This document shows, piece after piece, positions 43,243 through 57,166 of a stretch of 64,000 nucleotides of DNA. Every line of letters starts with the position of its first letter. Within the stretch, counting starts at the first letter, position 1. The notes under the pieces were generated by a model that was given only the letters and a program-made list of their open reading frames with translations, made no database searches and had not been told where the DNA came from. The position numbers were made by a program, and so were the translations under genes. The stretch comes from the human T2T-CHM13v2.0 reference genome, Homo sapiens, in NCBI RefSeq assembly GCF_009914755.1, contig NC_060941.1, one strand, 5' to 3'.

Positions 43243-44834
43243 AGAGTCATCTTTAATTGCCTCTCTCTAGCCACACCCCATGGAAGTTGAATTAGCCGGG
43301 TGAGCAAGGAATCGACTATAGGAATCTTCCCAACTCTAGCAACACCTAGTCCCCATGTCTCCACCTTGTCCACAAAGATGACGTGGGAGATGTTGCCAAT
43401 CGCCTCACTGAATCAAGTGACATTCCTTCCACCAGAACAGGAAATGAGCTTGATTTGGTATAACAATTGTCAGGAAACACTGAGTTTGTCTGATTCCAGA
43501 GATCAGCTTTCTTAACCACTGTGCCATCCTACCTGAAAGACAACTGGGAATCAGTCTGGAGCTCACTTCCCACAGGACGGGCTAAAGAGTGGTGGCCCAA
43601 CAGGCAAAGATCTGAACTCTAGTCCTCGTTCTGCCTTAGGGAGCTGTGTGACTTGGGGCAAATCTCTAACCTTCTCTGGGCTTTCATTTCATGGGACCTA
43701 ATCCACAGGGCTGTGGTAAGGACTCATCTTTCATTACTTCAGGGCTTATAAAGGGCAGGGACCAGGCCTCTCTATGTGGACTTCCCCATTGCTCAGCGCA
43801 GGGCCTGGCCCATCAATAGCCCTGAAAATATGATCATTAAATTGAAAAGCTCTTTGCGGACCCCTTTCTAAAATTCTTCATCAGTCAAGCACTTGAGCCG
43901 GGCAGGGAAACCCACTCCATCCTCACTAACTGGACAATTGCCTCATGTCACTGATGGGTGTTATTATGTCCTCTGCTATAATGCATGTCTTTTTAAAAGA
44001 AAATTAGGATCTGTCAAGCACCATTACACAATGAACCCAGCAAAGGGGCAGCCAAGCTTCCAGCCAAGCAGAGGCCGCAAGTGGTATGGGGAGCAGTTGT
44101 CTAGAGCTGCTCATTGCCGAGGCAATACTCCACATGGAGGGTTCCCTGCTTGGGAAGTCTCCTTCTCCTCCCAGGTCCCTGCCCCAGAGAGGGGAGTGGG
44201 GAGAGTTTGATGTAATTTTCTGGCCTGAGAAGCAAAATCCGCTTCTGAAGGCACTCAGGCTTCCATGCCTGCCCACGCACTGGAGATTTGTACCAATGAG
44301 AAGGACCACAAGGAAGGCTGGAGCTGGGCACCCTAGTAGGGACGGCTCCTCCTAGTGTTCAGTTTGCACCTGGTAATGTTTTGGCACCATCCGTCTACTA
44401 CTAAGAGGGAGGTCTTTTTTCTAGATGAGGAAACTGAAGCGTGGAAAGAGTCCAGCCCAGAACGAGGTGAGTGTGACCCCAAAGCCTGTGTTCTTTGCAG
44501 ACATTGTGCTGCCTGCCTTCCCCTGAGGTTCTGTGGACCACGGATGGGGGAAGGCTAGCAACAGAGTGAGTATTTGGGATCCTATGCACATCGGGAGGAG
44601 CATAGCCTAGGACTTCCATGGGAAGACACGTTTTTTATTTCTCACTGCGTTGGTTGGTTGCTGTCAGGAGCCACCTTTTGCTTGACCCGCTCAGATGTGA
44701 CAGACAGTCCTGTGGTGGAGGTTGAAGGATGGCACTTTAGACGCTTCATTCTCAGTGGCCTCCTAAGCAACAGAGAGGTCCTCACCCACCCATGCTGCTT
44801 CCAGGGCTGGCCCTGCCCTACACTTTGCTATTCC

Positions 44835-45213
44835 TTCTTTTTTCCTCCTAGTCTTCTCCCTCGTCTTCCTTCCCCTCCTCCTCTTACTTCTCCTCCTCTT
44901 TCTCTTTCTCCTCTTACTCCTCCTCCTCCCTTCCTCCTCTTTCTTCTCTTCTTCCTCCTACTCCTCCTCTTTCCTTTTCTCTTTCCTTGCCCTCTTCTTC
45001 CTTTTTCTTCCTTCTCCTTCATCCTCTTCTTCCTCTCCTCTTCCTTTCCTTTTTTCCTCTGTCCTCCTCCTTCTCCTCTCCTCCTCCTTCCTTCCTTCTC
45101 CCTCCTCTTCTCTTTCTCTTCTTCCTCTTCTCTCTTCTCCATCTTTCCTCTCCTTCACCTCCTCTCTTTCTCCTTCCTCTCCTCCCTCCTGCTTCTCCTC
45201 CCTCCTCCTCCCT
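44835..45213. repeat. ~380-bp homopyrimidine (CCT/CTT) low-complexity tract
   Basis: Almost purely C/T on the + strand. Confidence 0.95.
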
Positions 45214-45898
45214 CAGACAGTGCTCACAGCTTCTCACCTGCCAGCACATAGAACTGGGAGAAACCAGAGCCAGCCTCACATGTGGGGGAATAAATGCTGA
45301 GCTGTGACAATCCTGCCTGCCTCAGAAAGAGAGGTTTTATATAGTTTTTGGCATTTACAAATCCTTTGTGAAAAGGTCACCCTGTTCTTGGAATCTTTTA
45401 TTAATGCTGAAGACTGGCCCCGGAAATGTCATGTCTTTTTACCATGATATTTACTCAAAAAAGTATGACTAACCATCGGAAATTCTACGAGTGGCTCGAC
45501 CCAGGTCAGGCTGGGTGAACCTGTGGGGGACAAATGGATGCTGAGCTCGCTGGTGTTGTTGGGCTGCACCTTCCCCTGAGCCCTGAGTGAAGGGAAGGAG
45601 GAGCATGCCAGGGTCAGGTACCTGGGCACCCATCTGCTCTGCATGGCTCTCTGCTGTCCCAGTTCCTCAGAGGCTCCAGAGCACAGACCAGCACTCCAAG
45701 CTGGAAGGGACCTTGTGTGTACAACATCCCAACTCATCATTTTACAGAAGTGGAGACAGGCTCAGGGAGGGGAAGACACCTGCAGGGTCACCCAGCAAGT
45801 CAGGGACAAAGCAGAGACTAGAGATCAGGTGTCCCGATGTCCAAGTCAGTGGCCAGTCCTGACTCTCACTCCTGCGCTGAGCCTGAGAAGAGGATGGG

Positions 45899-46318
<420 letters not shown>

Positions 46319-46432
46319 TTATGTCATCCTACTCCAGGTTACATAGCACAGAAGCCTTTTCTCAAAACCCTGTTGCCTTTCTAGACAGTCCTGGAGGGGC
46401 TTGGGACAGGAAGAGGTTAGAGCCTACCTTAT

Positions 46433-46822
46433 TGTCTTAGTCAGCTCAGGCTGCCCCAACAAAATATCACAGATCGTGTGGCTTCAACAATAAACACTTA
46501 TTTTCTCACATCTCTGGAGGCTGGAAGGCTGAGATCAAGGTGCCATCATGGCTGGGTTCTGGTGAGGGCTCTCTTCCAGGCTTGCAGATGGCTGCCTTCT
46601 GCATCCTCACCTGGCCTTTTCTTTGTGTGCATGCAGGGTGAAGGCGAGAGTGAGGAAGCTCTCTCCTTAAAAGGACACCAATCCCATCATGAGGGTGCCA
46701 TCTTCATCACCTCATTTAACCGTAATCACTTTCCAAAGGCCCCACCACCAAATACCATCCCATTGGGGGTTAGGGCTCCAACATATGAGTTTTAGGGGGA
46801 CACAAGCCTTCAGTTTATAGCA
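46433..46822 (-). mobile_element. MaLR LTR MLT1A/B
   Basis: tgtcttagtcagctcaggctgcc...ctggaaggctgagatcaaggtgcc...ggggacacaagccttcagtttatagca. Confidence 0.88.
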
Positions 46823-49773
46823 CCTACAATTTCACAGGGATCATTTGGAGAGGGTGAAACAATGGATGTGAAATTAGTGTGTAAACTGTAGCTTGCACAC
46901 CCGTATACATTTTTATTATTATTATTTTTGGGAGGAAACCAGAGAAGAAAGGAGAGCACAATGCAGCCTGCTCAGCTTCTCAGAGGAGCTCGTTTGGAGA
47001 GGAGAATGAGCCTCAGGCAAGGAGACCCTGGGCAGGGGGAATGGAGAAGACATCTGCTGTTGCTCCCCAGCACTCACTCCCTTCCTTGGCCACATTGTCC
47101 TCCAGCCTCATTTCAATGGTCTGAATGAATCATGAGGCCAGGGCCCCAGCCAATCACCACATCCCATTTCCCTGGCCACAGTGATTGCTTCAGCAGTGGG
47201 AGCTTGACCCTTAGATGTCTAATTAGTGTTTTAAGGACTTTTGTTGGGACTCACTCTTCTGTGGTGGATTTGAACCTGGAAGGATAGTATCTCAAGAGCT
47301 GCTGCTACAGCCACTTGTGGCCAGAGGGGCCATCTGGCTGTGCCCACTGGAAGACATAGGTGAGAATGCACATTCTTATGCAGTCTTAGTCTTCATGAGG
47401 GCAGGTGTTTGTATGCCAAGTACAGTGCCTGGAACATAGAAGTACTGATAAATATTTGTTGAATAATACATATTTGAGACCCTGGATACGGCCATGCCTG
47501 GAGCTAGCTCTTTCTGAACTCCTTCTTTTACTTAAGCCAGCTTGATCACTTGCCCCTAAACAGCCTTAAGTCAAACAGGGCATGAGGTTAAAGGCAAGAG
47601 CCTGGAGAGGTTAGGGCGGGGTAAGGGGCTGCTCTAAGGCTGTGCAAAGCCCAGGGCAAGGGGCTGCTGTGGACTGGTCTAGCTTTGGCTGTGTAGACGC
47701 AGCCTGAAATTCAGCGTGGGGGTCTCTGTGCATGAGGGCTCCTGGTCATGCACTGGGCACAAGGAGGCCTTTTTGCCCTTTGAAGGAAATACAAGGTCCC
47801 AGTGCCCCCTACCTGAGGTGGCCCTGCTCTGGTAGCTGCAGAAGAATCATTGGTGCAGAAATCAAACCCTGCCATGGCTTAGGCCTCAGACTCTGCCATG
47901 AAAAAACTCCCTTGGCCATTAGGGTGCTTTCGAGAGTGTGGTTGTTCAGCTTATCCCCTCTCCATTGCTGGACACAGCTCAGGATGCAGGTCAGGCTGTT
48001 TTAAGGGTGAGGTTCCCTTCTTGTAACTTTCACTTGTGTACCCTCCCATCCTATGGCTGCTGCCAACAGTAAAATAAAAATAAAAACCTTATTTCAATGT
48101 TTGAAGTGAGTAGGTACTGTGAGCTATTGACCCTGAAGTAGGTATTACTGTTATTCCTATCAAACAAATGAGGAAATGGAGATCCAGAGAGCTGAAGTAG
48201 CCTCCCAGAGGCTCAAATAGGAATGGTGGGACTGGGATTTGATCATGGGTCAAATGAGTCTGACACCTTGGCTCCTAACTGTTGTGTTATTTGCTGCTTG
48301 AAAGAGATAGTATCAGGAGCCTCATGGTGGGGGGGCCTGTGGGGAAATGTCAGAGCTGCCATCTGACAAGGTGGTATCTGGGGGCCCCGCTCAATCTGCC
48401 TGTGTCCAAGCTCTGGGCTTCCTGGGAGGTGCCCCTGCTGGTGGCCATGGGGAGCCTGTTGGGAACAAAACCTCTGCTGGGTCCCTTGAGAGCTCATGGG
48501 ATTACCTGACTGCTGAGCAGGGCCCAGACAAGCAGCTCACAGGTGGGAAGGAGGGCCTGACCTCAATGCTCCTCACACGAGTGATGCTGCTGCCCACACA
48601 GGTGGCATCGGCACATGGCCAGGGCTTCCCCACCTCCACTGATGAGGGACCAGCTCCACCTGGGGCTTGTGGGTGGCTGCCTGGGGTTGGGGGAGGCCCT
48701 GCAGTGTGTACAGTTGGCAACTGTGCGAGGGAGAAGTTCTGGGCAGGAATTCCATGAGCTGTGTCTGCCAGAGGGGCTGTATCCTGGCTGGAGGCCTCCT
48801 CCTCCCAGAGGCACTGGAGCTCGAACTATGCTATCATGGTGTGGCAACGAGGAGCAGAAATTAGGGGCCATGAATCTAGGCATTCCTTGTGCTGTGGATT
48901 ACCTAAGGAAAACTCAGGGAAGTAGAACCCAGCACCCTCCTAGGGTCCTTGTTTCTGCTTACCAAGCTCTTCCTGGTGACAGGGGCAGTCCAACAAGGTC
49001 CAGCCCCAGTGGGTGCTGATGGGGGCAGGAATGAAGCTTGGCCTCCACCCCCTGAGGCAGTGAGGTCGAGTGGTGCTAGCATCCCTGTTGCTGGCTCTTC
49101 CCAGGCCTGCTCCTTATCCTGAGAGTGACCCATTGATGGGATGCATTGTGCCCCTCCTCTACCAGGGGAGAAATGGGGAGTCAGGGTCATCCTGGGTGAC
49201 TCAGAGACACTTTCAGTTAAGTACTGGCCCCTTGATGTGAAAATAGGAACAGGGAGTCAGCAGATGCTGCTCTGATGTGATAAGAGCAGGCCATTATTTC
49301 ACAAAGTGTAGGATCAGTCACATGACCAGGAAGAAGTCACACTTCTCTTGTAAACTAAAATATGATGTCTCCAGGGAAACTCGATTCTTTGGTTGAAAGG
49401 TGAGTTTGTCCTTAAGTCATCAGGAGAAAACACTGGTTATGGCTGTGGTTGGTGGGGAGAGCCTGACGTGGAATTGAAGCCTGGTCCACCCCGGCCCACA
49501 GGTCCCAGTCATTCTGGGACAGAGCAGGGGAAGTCCCATGATATCAGGCTGAAGATGGAGCGGGCAGAGTGCAGGGCAAGAGGCGAGATTCCAGTACTGT
49601 TTAGAAAGGTGAAAAGTCTCCAGGGAAGGGTGGGGGTACCCAGGTGGGGGCCAGGGGGCTGCAGGTGGAAGAGGCAGTGGGGCTGTGAGCTGGAGAGTGG
49701 GAAGGAAGAGGGGTCCCTAGTGAGACCTAGTTCCTGTTTCTCCACCCTGTGACGTGAGGATGAGATGCCAGAG

Positions 49774-49960
49774 CAGTGGTCCTCACACATCAGCACACAT
49801 CAGAATCACTGGGAGGGTTTGCAAAAACATGGACCGCTGGGCCCCACCCCAGAGCTTCTAATTCCGTAGGTCCGGGATTGGAACTGATAACTGGCATTTC
49901 TAAGAGGCTCCTGGTATCACTGATCCTGCCAGTTAGAGGACCACACTTTGAGAGCCACTG
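49774..49960. mobile_element. MER5A (hAT-Charlie MITE)
   Basis: TIR-like cagtggtcctcacac ... ctttgagagccactg; catcagaatcactggg. Confidence 0.85.
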
Positions 49961-50737
49961 GTCTAGATGTGGCCGGCTTCTATTGTACAATTTTTTGGTG
50001 CTTACTCGAATTCCTCACCAGGGAGCTGCCTACACCTCCCTCAGGTTCAGTGTGTGTTTGGTCTGAGAAGATGAAGAGTGCTGGCGGGGGACGGGGTGGA
50101 GCGGACTCCCCCAGATAATGGGGCTGGGCACTGATTTTTCCTTCCCCGGGGATAATAGACTAGAGGCCACTCTCCAGCCTGAGGCCATCCGGCCAATTCC
50201 TCTGATTTACCCACTCCCCCAAGTGACAAAGGACACCCCTTTCTAGGATGGAAAGAAGGGCCCCTGCTATGATAGTTACTCAAGAGTGCCTTGTGTTGGG
50301 GCGTTGAGGTTTGCAGAAGTGGAAGTGGATTGGAAAGGAGAGCAGCCCCATGACAGAACCTTCTTGTTCCTTGCATTGACATCAAAGCTCAGGCTCACGT
50401 CCCACCTCACCTTCCTCTGCTGTGTGATCCTGGGGGAACTTAACTTAGTGAGCCCTGATTTTCTCATCTGTAAAATGGGAACAATGAAAATGTCTGTCCT
50501 ACTGCTCACTGGGATTGTTTTGGGAGGATGAGGCAGTGGATGTGAAATTGATATGTGAGCTATAAATTGTGTACCTGTGTGAATTCTAACACTGTTTTAA
50601 GTTTGCAAGGGAATCAAAGGAGAAAGGAGAAATGGAACAGTCATGAAGAGAGCAACTACTTTCCATTGGGACCCAGGCATTCATTTCCTCTTTTTTCCTC
50701 CTTATGTTCAGAAAACTCAGATTAAAAATAACATGAG

Positions 50738-51218
50738 ACATGCACACGTATGTTTATAGCGGCACTATTCACAATAGCAAAGACTTGGAACCAACCTAAA
50801 TGTCCAACAACGATAGACTGGATTAAGCAAATATGGCACATATACACCATGGAATACTATGCAGCCATAAAAAATGATGAGTTCATGTCCTTTGTAGGGA
50901 CATGGATGAAACTGGAAACCATCATTCTCAGCAAACTGTCGCAAGGACAAAAAACCAAACACCGCATGTTCTCACTCATAGGTGGGAATTGAACAATGAG
51001 AACACATGGACACAGGAAGGGGAACATCACACACCGGGGCCTGTTGTGGGGTGGGGGAAGGGGGGAGGGATAGCATTAGGAGATATACCTAATGCTAAAT
51101 GACGAGTTAATGGGTGCAGCACACCAACATGGCACATGTATACACATGTAACAAACCTGCATGTTGTGCACGTGTACCCTAAAACTTAAAGTATAATAAT
51201 AATAAAATTAAAAAAAAA
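50738..51218 (+). mobile_element. 5'-truncated L1PA (L1PA3-5-like): ORF2p C-terminus, 3'UTR and tail
   Basis: ORF 50750..50992 MFIAALFTIAKTWNQPKCP...MFSLIGGN is the L1 ORF2p end; G-rich 3'UTR; TSD aaaaat(a/t)acatgagaca. Confidence 0.97.
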
Positions 51219-52829
51219 TTACATGAGACAAAAGTCCACACTTCAGCTGTCATATCAACTTTAGCCAGGACACCCACTAACATGAAAGATGGGGGTTAGT
51301 TGATTATTTGGGTTTGGGAAATGGTCAATCGTATTTTGGAAATGTTGACATTTGCTGGCTTGGGACCATCACAATGTTGCCCACGTTCCTTCTTCTGAGG
51401 CCGAAAGTTAATCAGGAGGATCTAGTGAATGTTGATGTCCCACAGAGTTGGTCCTTGTCAGTATCGCCCCAATATAAAGACAATTAATAAGCATAATCCA
51501 ACTATGTCTTATTGCACACATGCTGTAGAATGCAAGCTTTATGGGCATGATTTCAACTTGCAAGGTAGGTACTATTGTTTCCACTATAGAGATGAGAAAA
51601 TTGAGGCCCATAGATGTTAAATTACTTGACTAGGGTCACAATTTCTTAAGTGGCAAGGTTCTTGCCCTTTGACTGTACCCCTTTGCTTCTAATAAGGGAC
51701 ATGAAAACACTTTGTGAGCTGTGCAGGGTTGAACAACTGTAAGAGATTTGTTATTAGTGCTCAGAGCAATTTTCTTGAGTTTTAAATTTCCCTAGTTGCA
51801 GAAATACCCAGCTACTTATGCATATGGACACTAGCAGCGTCGCCTATGTGGCCTCTGCAGCATCCTGTAGTCTTGATAACAGATTCTCAGCTCTAGGAGA
51901 CCACAGCTCCTCAGGGTCAAAGGAAAGGGCATTTTATAAGCCTTCTCAAGTTTTGTTTTGCATTGGTGTATTGCCTGGGAATAGCTTGTCTCCTCCTCCC
52001 CGCCCCCAACTCAAAGCCACTTTGTTGCACCAGCATAATTTCTTACAATAACATTAACATATCATGGGAGCTCATTACCTTTGGTGTAATAGTTCCCTAT
52101 TGAACTGTGTCAGACTAATTATGTCAGTTCCTTTTCATTCCAGTTTAGTGCTTCTCCAGAGAGTCGCAGTGCAGCACCGGTAATAATGATTAAACTGCTG
52201 TCTAATGCTCCACTGGATGGCCAAACCAAACAGGGGAAAATTCCTTGCTGAAGATGGGACTCTCAGCATCCCTTGTACTTGATGCAATTTGGTGTTTTAA
52301 AAGCCATTACCTGGAGGTCATTTCCACATGACAATGGAGGGCTGGTAGTGTTTCTTGGGGATGGCAGACAAAAAAGCATATCAGGGAAGGAAATAGCTTT
52401 GCAAGGCAAGAAGTAGCAGAGAGGCAACCCAGGTGCTTTCCATTTGTGTGGTGAGCCCTCAAGTTCTGATGGGGACCATCTGGAGCCGTGCTTTACAACT
52501 TAGCTGGCAGAGGAGGGTGTGCAGGAAATGGCCAGGGTAATGAATCAGGACAAGCCAATGTCAAATGCTTAAAGCTCTGCTGCCAGTTCAGAGGAAAAAG
52601 CCCAGGGAAGATGAATGAAAATGAAGTCATTTTCACCTTCCTGTAGTCTCATATAGAGCTCTTTGCTCGAGCCTAAATCGAACATGCTTTTTGTCTTTTT
52701 GCATAAAGGGAAGGAAGGAAATTTCATGCTTCAACAAGAGCTTCAACAGAAGTTGATGCTCTTCATTGCCTAAAGGGATGCTAGCCTGTTCTGAGCACCT
52801 GTTCTTGACGAGTATTAATGAGCCTAATA

Positions 52830-53050
52830 ATAACAACAACTGTTACTATTAGGCATCAGTTACGTGATGACTTTGTGCCAGGCATTGTGTTAAGGGTTTC
52901 ACAACTGCTAGTTAATATAATCCGTAAAATAACTCTACGGGTAAAAGCTGTCTTATCATTCCCATTTTGTAGATGAGAAACTGGGGCATAGGGAGATTAA
53001 GTAACTTGCTCGAGGTCACTCCCAGAACACCCATATCTAACTCTGAAGCC
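52830..53050 (-). mobile_element. MIR
   Basis: tgtgccaggcattgtgttaag...cccattttgtagatgagaaactgggg...aagtaacttgctcgaggtcac. Confidence 0.85.
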
Positions 53051-53385
53051 TGTATGCAGAGTTATATTTCCTCTTCGTTCATTCAGTCAGTCAATATGAT
53101 GAGGGCCTTTCTGTTCTTTAGCCATGAGCTGTGTCCCTCAGACATTTTCTGAACATTACAGACACAGTCTCGGGCTTCCTGGGGCTGAGAGCTCAACAGT
53201 AAATTTCAGTACTGGGTGAGCCATTGTATGAGTGGGCAAAGGCAGACAGCTGTGAGAACACCTTCGTTCATTCACTCACAGGTATTTATTTGAGTGTCTA
53301 CTATGTGAAAGGCTTTGCTGGGTTCTAGGACACTGGGGTCAGCAAAATACCCACAGACTTTGCTTTAATGGAGTTTTTAGTTCAT

Positions 53386-55769
53386 ATTATAGAAGCCCAT
53401 ACAGACTGAGACAGGAAATTGGTACGGAGAAGTGGGGGTGCTGCTGTATCAAATACCTAAAACTGTGGAAGCAGCTTTGGAATAGGGTAATGTGGAAAGG
53501 CTAGAAGAGTTTTAAGGTGCATGCTAGAGAAAGCCTACATTGCTGTGAAGAGACTATTAAGAGTGATTCTGGTAAGAGCTTAGAAAGAAAAGAGGGGAGC
53601 TGTAGGGAAAGTCTCAGTCTTCTTAGAGAATACCTAAGTAATCAAGAATGCTGGTAGAAATATGGATGGTGTCTAAGCCCATTCTGTGCTGCTACAATAA
53701 AATGCCAGAGTAACTTATGAAGAAAAGAGAATTTCTCACAGTTCTGGAAGCTGGGAAGTTCAATATCAAGGTGCTGACATCTGGCAAGGGCCTTCTTGCC
53801 GTGTCGTCCCATGGTGAAAGATGACAGAGAGAGAGAGAGAGAGAGAGAAGAAAGGGCCAAATTAATCCTTTTATGAGGAACTCACTTCCAGGATAATAAA
53901 AGTCCTCTAATCCATTCATGAGGGCAGTGGTCCCATAGCCCAAACACCTCCCATTAGCCTCCACTTCCCAGCACTACTGCATTGAAGATCAAATTTTCAA
54001 CACACGAACTTTGGGGAACACTTTCAAACCATAGCAGATGGTAAAGGCCATTCTGATGAGGCATCAGATGGAAATGAGGAAGATGTTATTGAACAATGGA
54101 GGAAAGGTCATCCTTTTTACAAAGTGGCAAGGAAGTTAGTTGAATTGTGTTTGTGTCTTAGTAGTTTGTAGAAGGTAGAACTTGTGAGTAATGAAATTGG
54201 ATATTTGGCTGAGGAAATATCTAAGTAAAGTGTTGAAAGAGCAGCTTGGCTTCTCTTGACTTCTTATAGTAAAATGAAAAAAGAGAGAAATGACTTAAAG
54301 ATGGAATTCTTAATCAGAAAGAAAGCCAAACTTAAAGATTTGGAAACTTCTCAGCCTTTCCATATTGTAAAGAATGAAAAGGTCTGTTCCTAAAGAACTT
54401 TAAGGGTGTGGCCCAATGGCCACATCTTACATGGAGTTTTGTCAGCCATCTGAACAGAAGCCAGGGGCTATTGTTCAAGACGATGGAAGAATGAACCCCT
54501 TCCATAGCAAGGTGCTCCAGAGATCATCAGAACAACTTCATAGGACGGGCTGCAGGTGCCTGCTGGACCCCTGCAGGCTTTGTGTAGCATCCCTCATATC
54601 ACAGGCTCCACTCCACTGCATTCCAGGGTTTTGCTGCTTGGCTGCCCATCCAGAAAGCACAGGCAGCAGACTTTGGCTGTGTCTGCGTGGTGCTCAGAGT
54701 GCATGAGCTGTGGGGGCAAGCCTACCTTCACCTAGATTTCTAAGAATGGAGCCACCTGAAGTCATGGGTGTGCCACCCAGGCAGAAAACTATAGAGGGCC
54801 GCTGGTAGGGCAATGCCTAGTAGTACCAAGGTGGAAAGGTCACCCTGAGACCCCAGAACAGTAGAGGCATCAGTGTGTGATTCCAGCACTGGAAAGCCAC
54901 AGGCACGCAACTCCAACCTGTGAGAGCTGTGGCAGGGGTTGTATCCAGCAAAGCTGTGAGGGCAGCTTTAGAAGTTGGGTGCCCAACTTCTACCCTGCAA
55001 GCCTTTAGGGATGAGACTTCCACACCAGTGGGCCCGGAGGGCAGAGCATTGAGCCAAAGAAGATTTTTCTCAAGCCTAAGGTTTTGGACTTGCTTGGGAC
55101 CTGTCACTCTTTCCTTCTTCACTATTTCTCCCTTTTGGAATGGGAATGTCTGTCCTGTGCCCAAACCACCATTGTATTTTGTAAGCATTTAACTTTGATT
55201 TCACAGACTCAGAGAAGGAGGGGAATTTGCCTCAGGATGAATTGGACCTTGAGTTTCACCCATATCTAATTTAGATGATATTCGAATGAGACTTTGGACT
55301 TTAGGTTTTGAATTGATGTTGGTATGAGTTAAAACTTTTAGGGTTATTGGGATGGAATGAAGATATTTTGCATGTAAGAAGGACATGAATTTCGGGGGTC
55401 CAGAGGCATAATCAAATGGTTTGAATGTTTTTATCCCCTCAAAATTAATATGTTGAAATTATAACCCCCGAAGGTGATGGTATTAGGAAGTGGTGACTTT
55501 GGGAGGTGATTAGGACAGAACCCTCATGAATGGGATTGGTGCTCTTGTAAAGGAAACCCAAGAAAGCTTGTTAACCCCTTCCACCATGTGAAGACATAGA
55601 GAAAAGATGGCCCTCTATGAACCAAGAAATGGGCCCTCACCAGACACCGAATTTGCTGACACCTTGATCTTGAACTTTCTAGCCTCCAAACTGTGAGAAA
55701 TAAATATCTGTTTTTATAAGCCACCCAGTCCATGGTAGTTTGTTACAGCAGTTCAAATGGACTAAGACA
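53386..55769 (+). mobile_element. MaLR element: 5' LTR remnant, MLT1-int internal region and MLT1A0 3' LTR (55415-55769)
   Basis: gactgagaca|ggaaattggtac..agaagtgggggtgctgct, tgtggaagcagctttggaa (MaLR-int start); 3' LTR ends tggactaagaca. Confidence 0.88.
53670..54036 (-). mobile_element. MST-type (MSTC/D) solo LTR nested in the MLT1 internal region
   Basis: tgtctaagcccattctgtgctgctacaa...ttcaaaccatagca; perfect 5-bp TSD gatgg. Confidence 0.85.
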
Positions 55770-56305
55770 GCCAAGATGGGAAAATGTAATCTTCATTTAA
55801 CATTTATTAAGCATTCATTATGTGCCAAGATCTATGATAAGTGCTGTTAATCAAGTCAGTTTATTTAGCCCTCACCATAGCTCTCTATTATTTATATAGA
55901 TGAGAAAATGAAGCCTTGGAGAGTTACGCAGTCAGCCCAAGGTTACTTCTCCTAGCCACTATGTTCAACTGTAGGGAGACTTGATCTATTTTTGGTGATC
56001 AGTATAATGGGGCATATTCCATTTTTCTCTTGAGGGGTTCTTATTCCAAGAAGAACAGGCCATCGAGACTCTCAAGCCTGGCTTTGCACCCCTCTCATGG
56101 AGCCTATCAGCTTGGTGCCAGTTGGGGGCCTTACATCCCTATGGGCTCTGCTGCCATATTGGTTGAGGATGGAGCAAAGAGGAAGAAGCCTTGGCTTAGC
56201 CATGATGAAAAGACAGCAGAGAAACATGTAATGCCTGGTCTGTTCCTTTGGTTCAAGGAAGGGTATACATCTACAAAGACTCTCTATGGTGTTAATTGCA
56301 CATCT

Positions 56306-56666
56306 ATTATGGGCTGACTTGTGTCCCCACCAAATCCATATATTGAAAACCTAACTCTAATGTGATATTTGGTGGTGGGAGTCTTAGGGAGGTAATTAGG
56401 TTTAGATGAGGTAATCAAGGTGGAGCCCCCATAATGGGATTAGTGCCCTTTTAGAAAGAGAAAGCAGCATCAGAACTATCTCTTTCTCTGCCATTTGAGG
56501 ACACAGTGAAAAGATGGCCATCTGCAAGCTAGGAAGTGGGTCCTTCTCAGACAGTGTAGCTGCCAGCACCTTGAACTTGGACTTCCCAGTCTTCAGAACT
56601 GTGGAACTAAATGTCTGTAGTTTAAGCCATGGTATTTCATTATGGCAGCCCAAATTGAATAAGATA
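56306..56666 (+). mobile_element. MaLR LTR MLT1A/A0
   Basis: tatgggctgacttgtgtccccaccaaatccatatattgaa...tatggcagcccaaattgaataagata. Confidence 0.85.
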
Positions 56667-57133
56667 ACATTTTAAATGTGACGATATATGGGAATGTGTC
56701 TTGTAAATGGTAAAGTACTGGGCAAATGGTAATCATCAGTGACTTCATGAGTCATACATGCTCTGATGCACTGTGCCTCTACATCAAAATTACCTGGTAA
56801 AGGTAGATAATATGAGAAAGTGCAGATTTCCTGGGGCCCACTAGCCTTATATAGTGATAATATGACTCTACCCACAGCAGCACAGCAGTTTTTCCTAAGA
56901 TGAGTTCCTAGCAACACTATATTCATTGAATATTTATAGAGATTACTTGAGAATAGGGATTTTGTAAACCAATAAATTTAGGGAACACTGGGTAAATTAG
57001 GATTTTTTTTTCTTACTGAGGGCTTCTCAGGGCCTTTAAAATGCTTTGTAATCTACCAGAGAGGAAATAATACTATTTCCCAAAATGCACTTAACCTTGG
57101 AATATCTTTACCCCAAAGCATCTTGTGGGAATC

Positions 57134-57166
<33 letters not shown>

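Noticed and set aside
50750-50992. 80-aa ORF with real protein character
   Set aside because: It is the C-terminus of L1 ORF2p in a 5'-truncated L1PA, not a host gene
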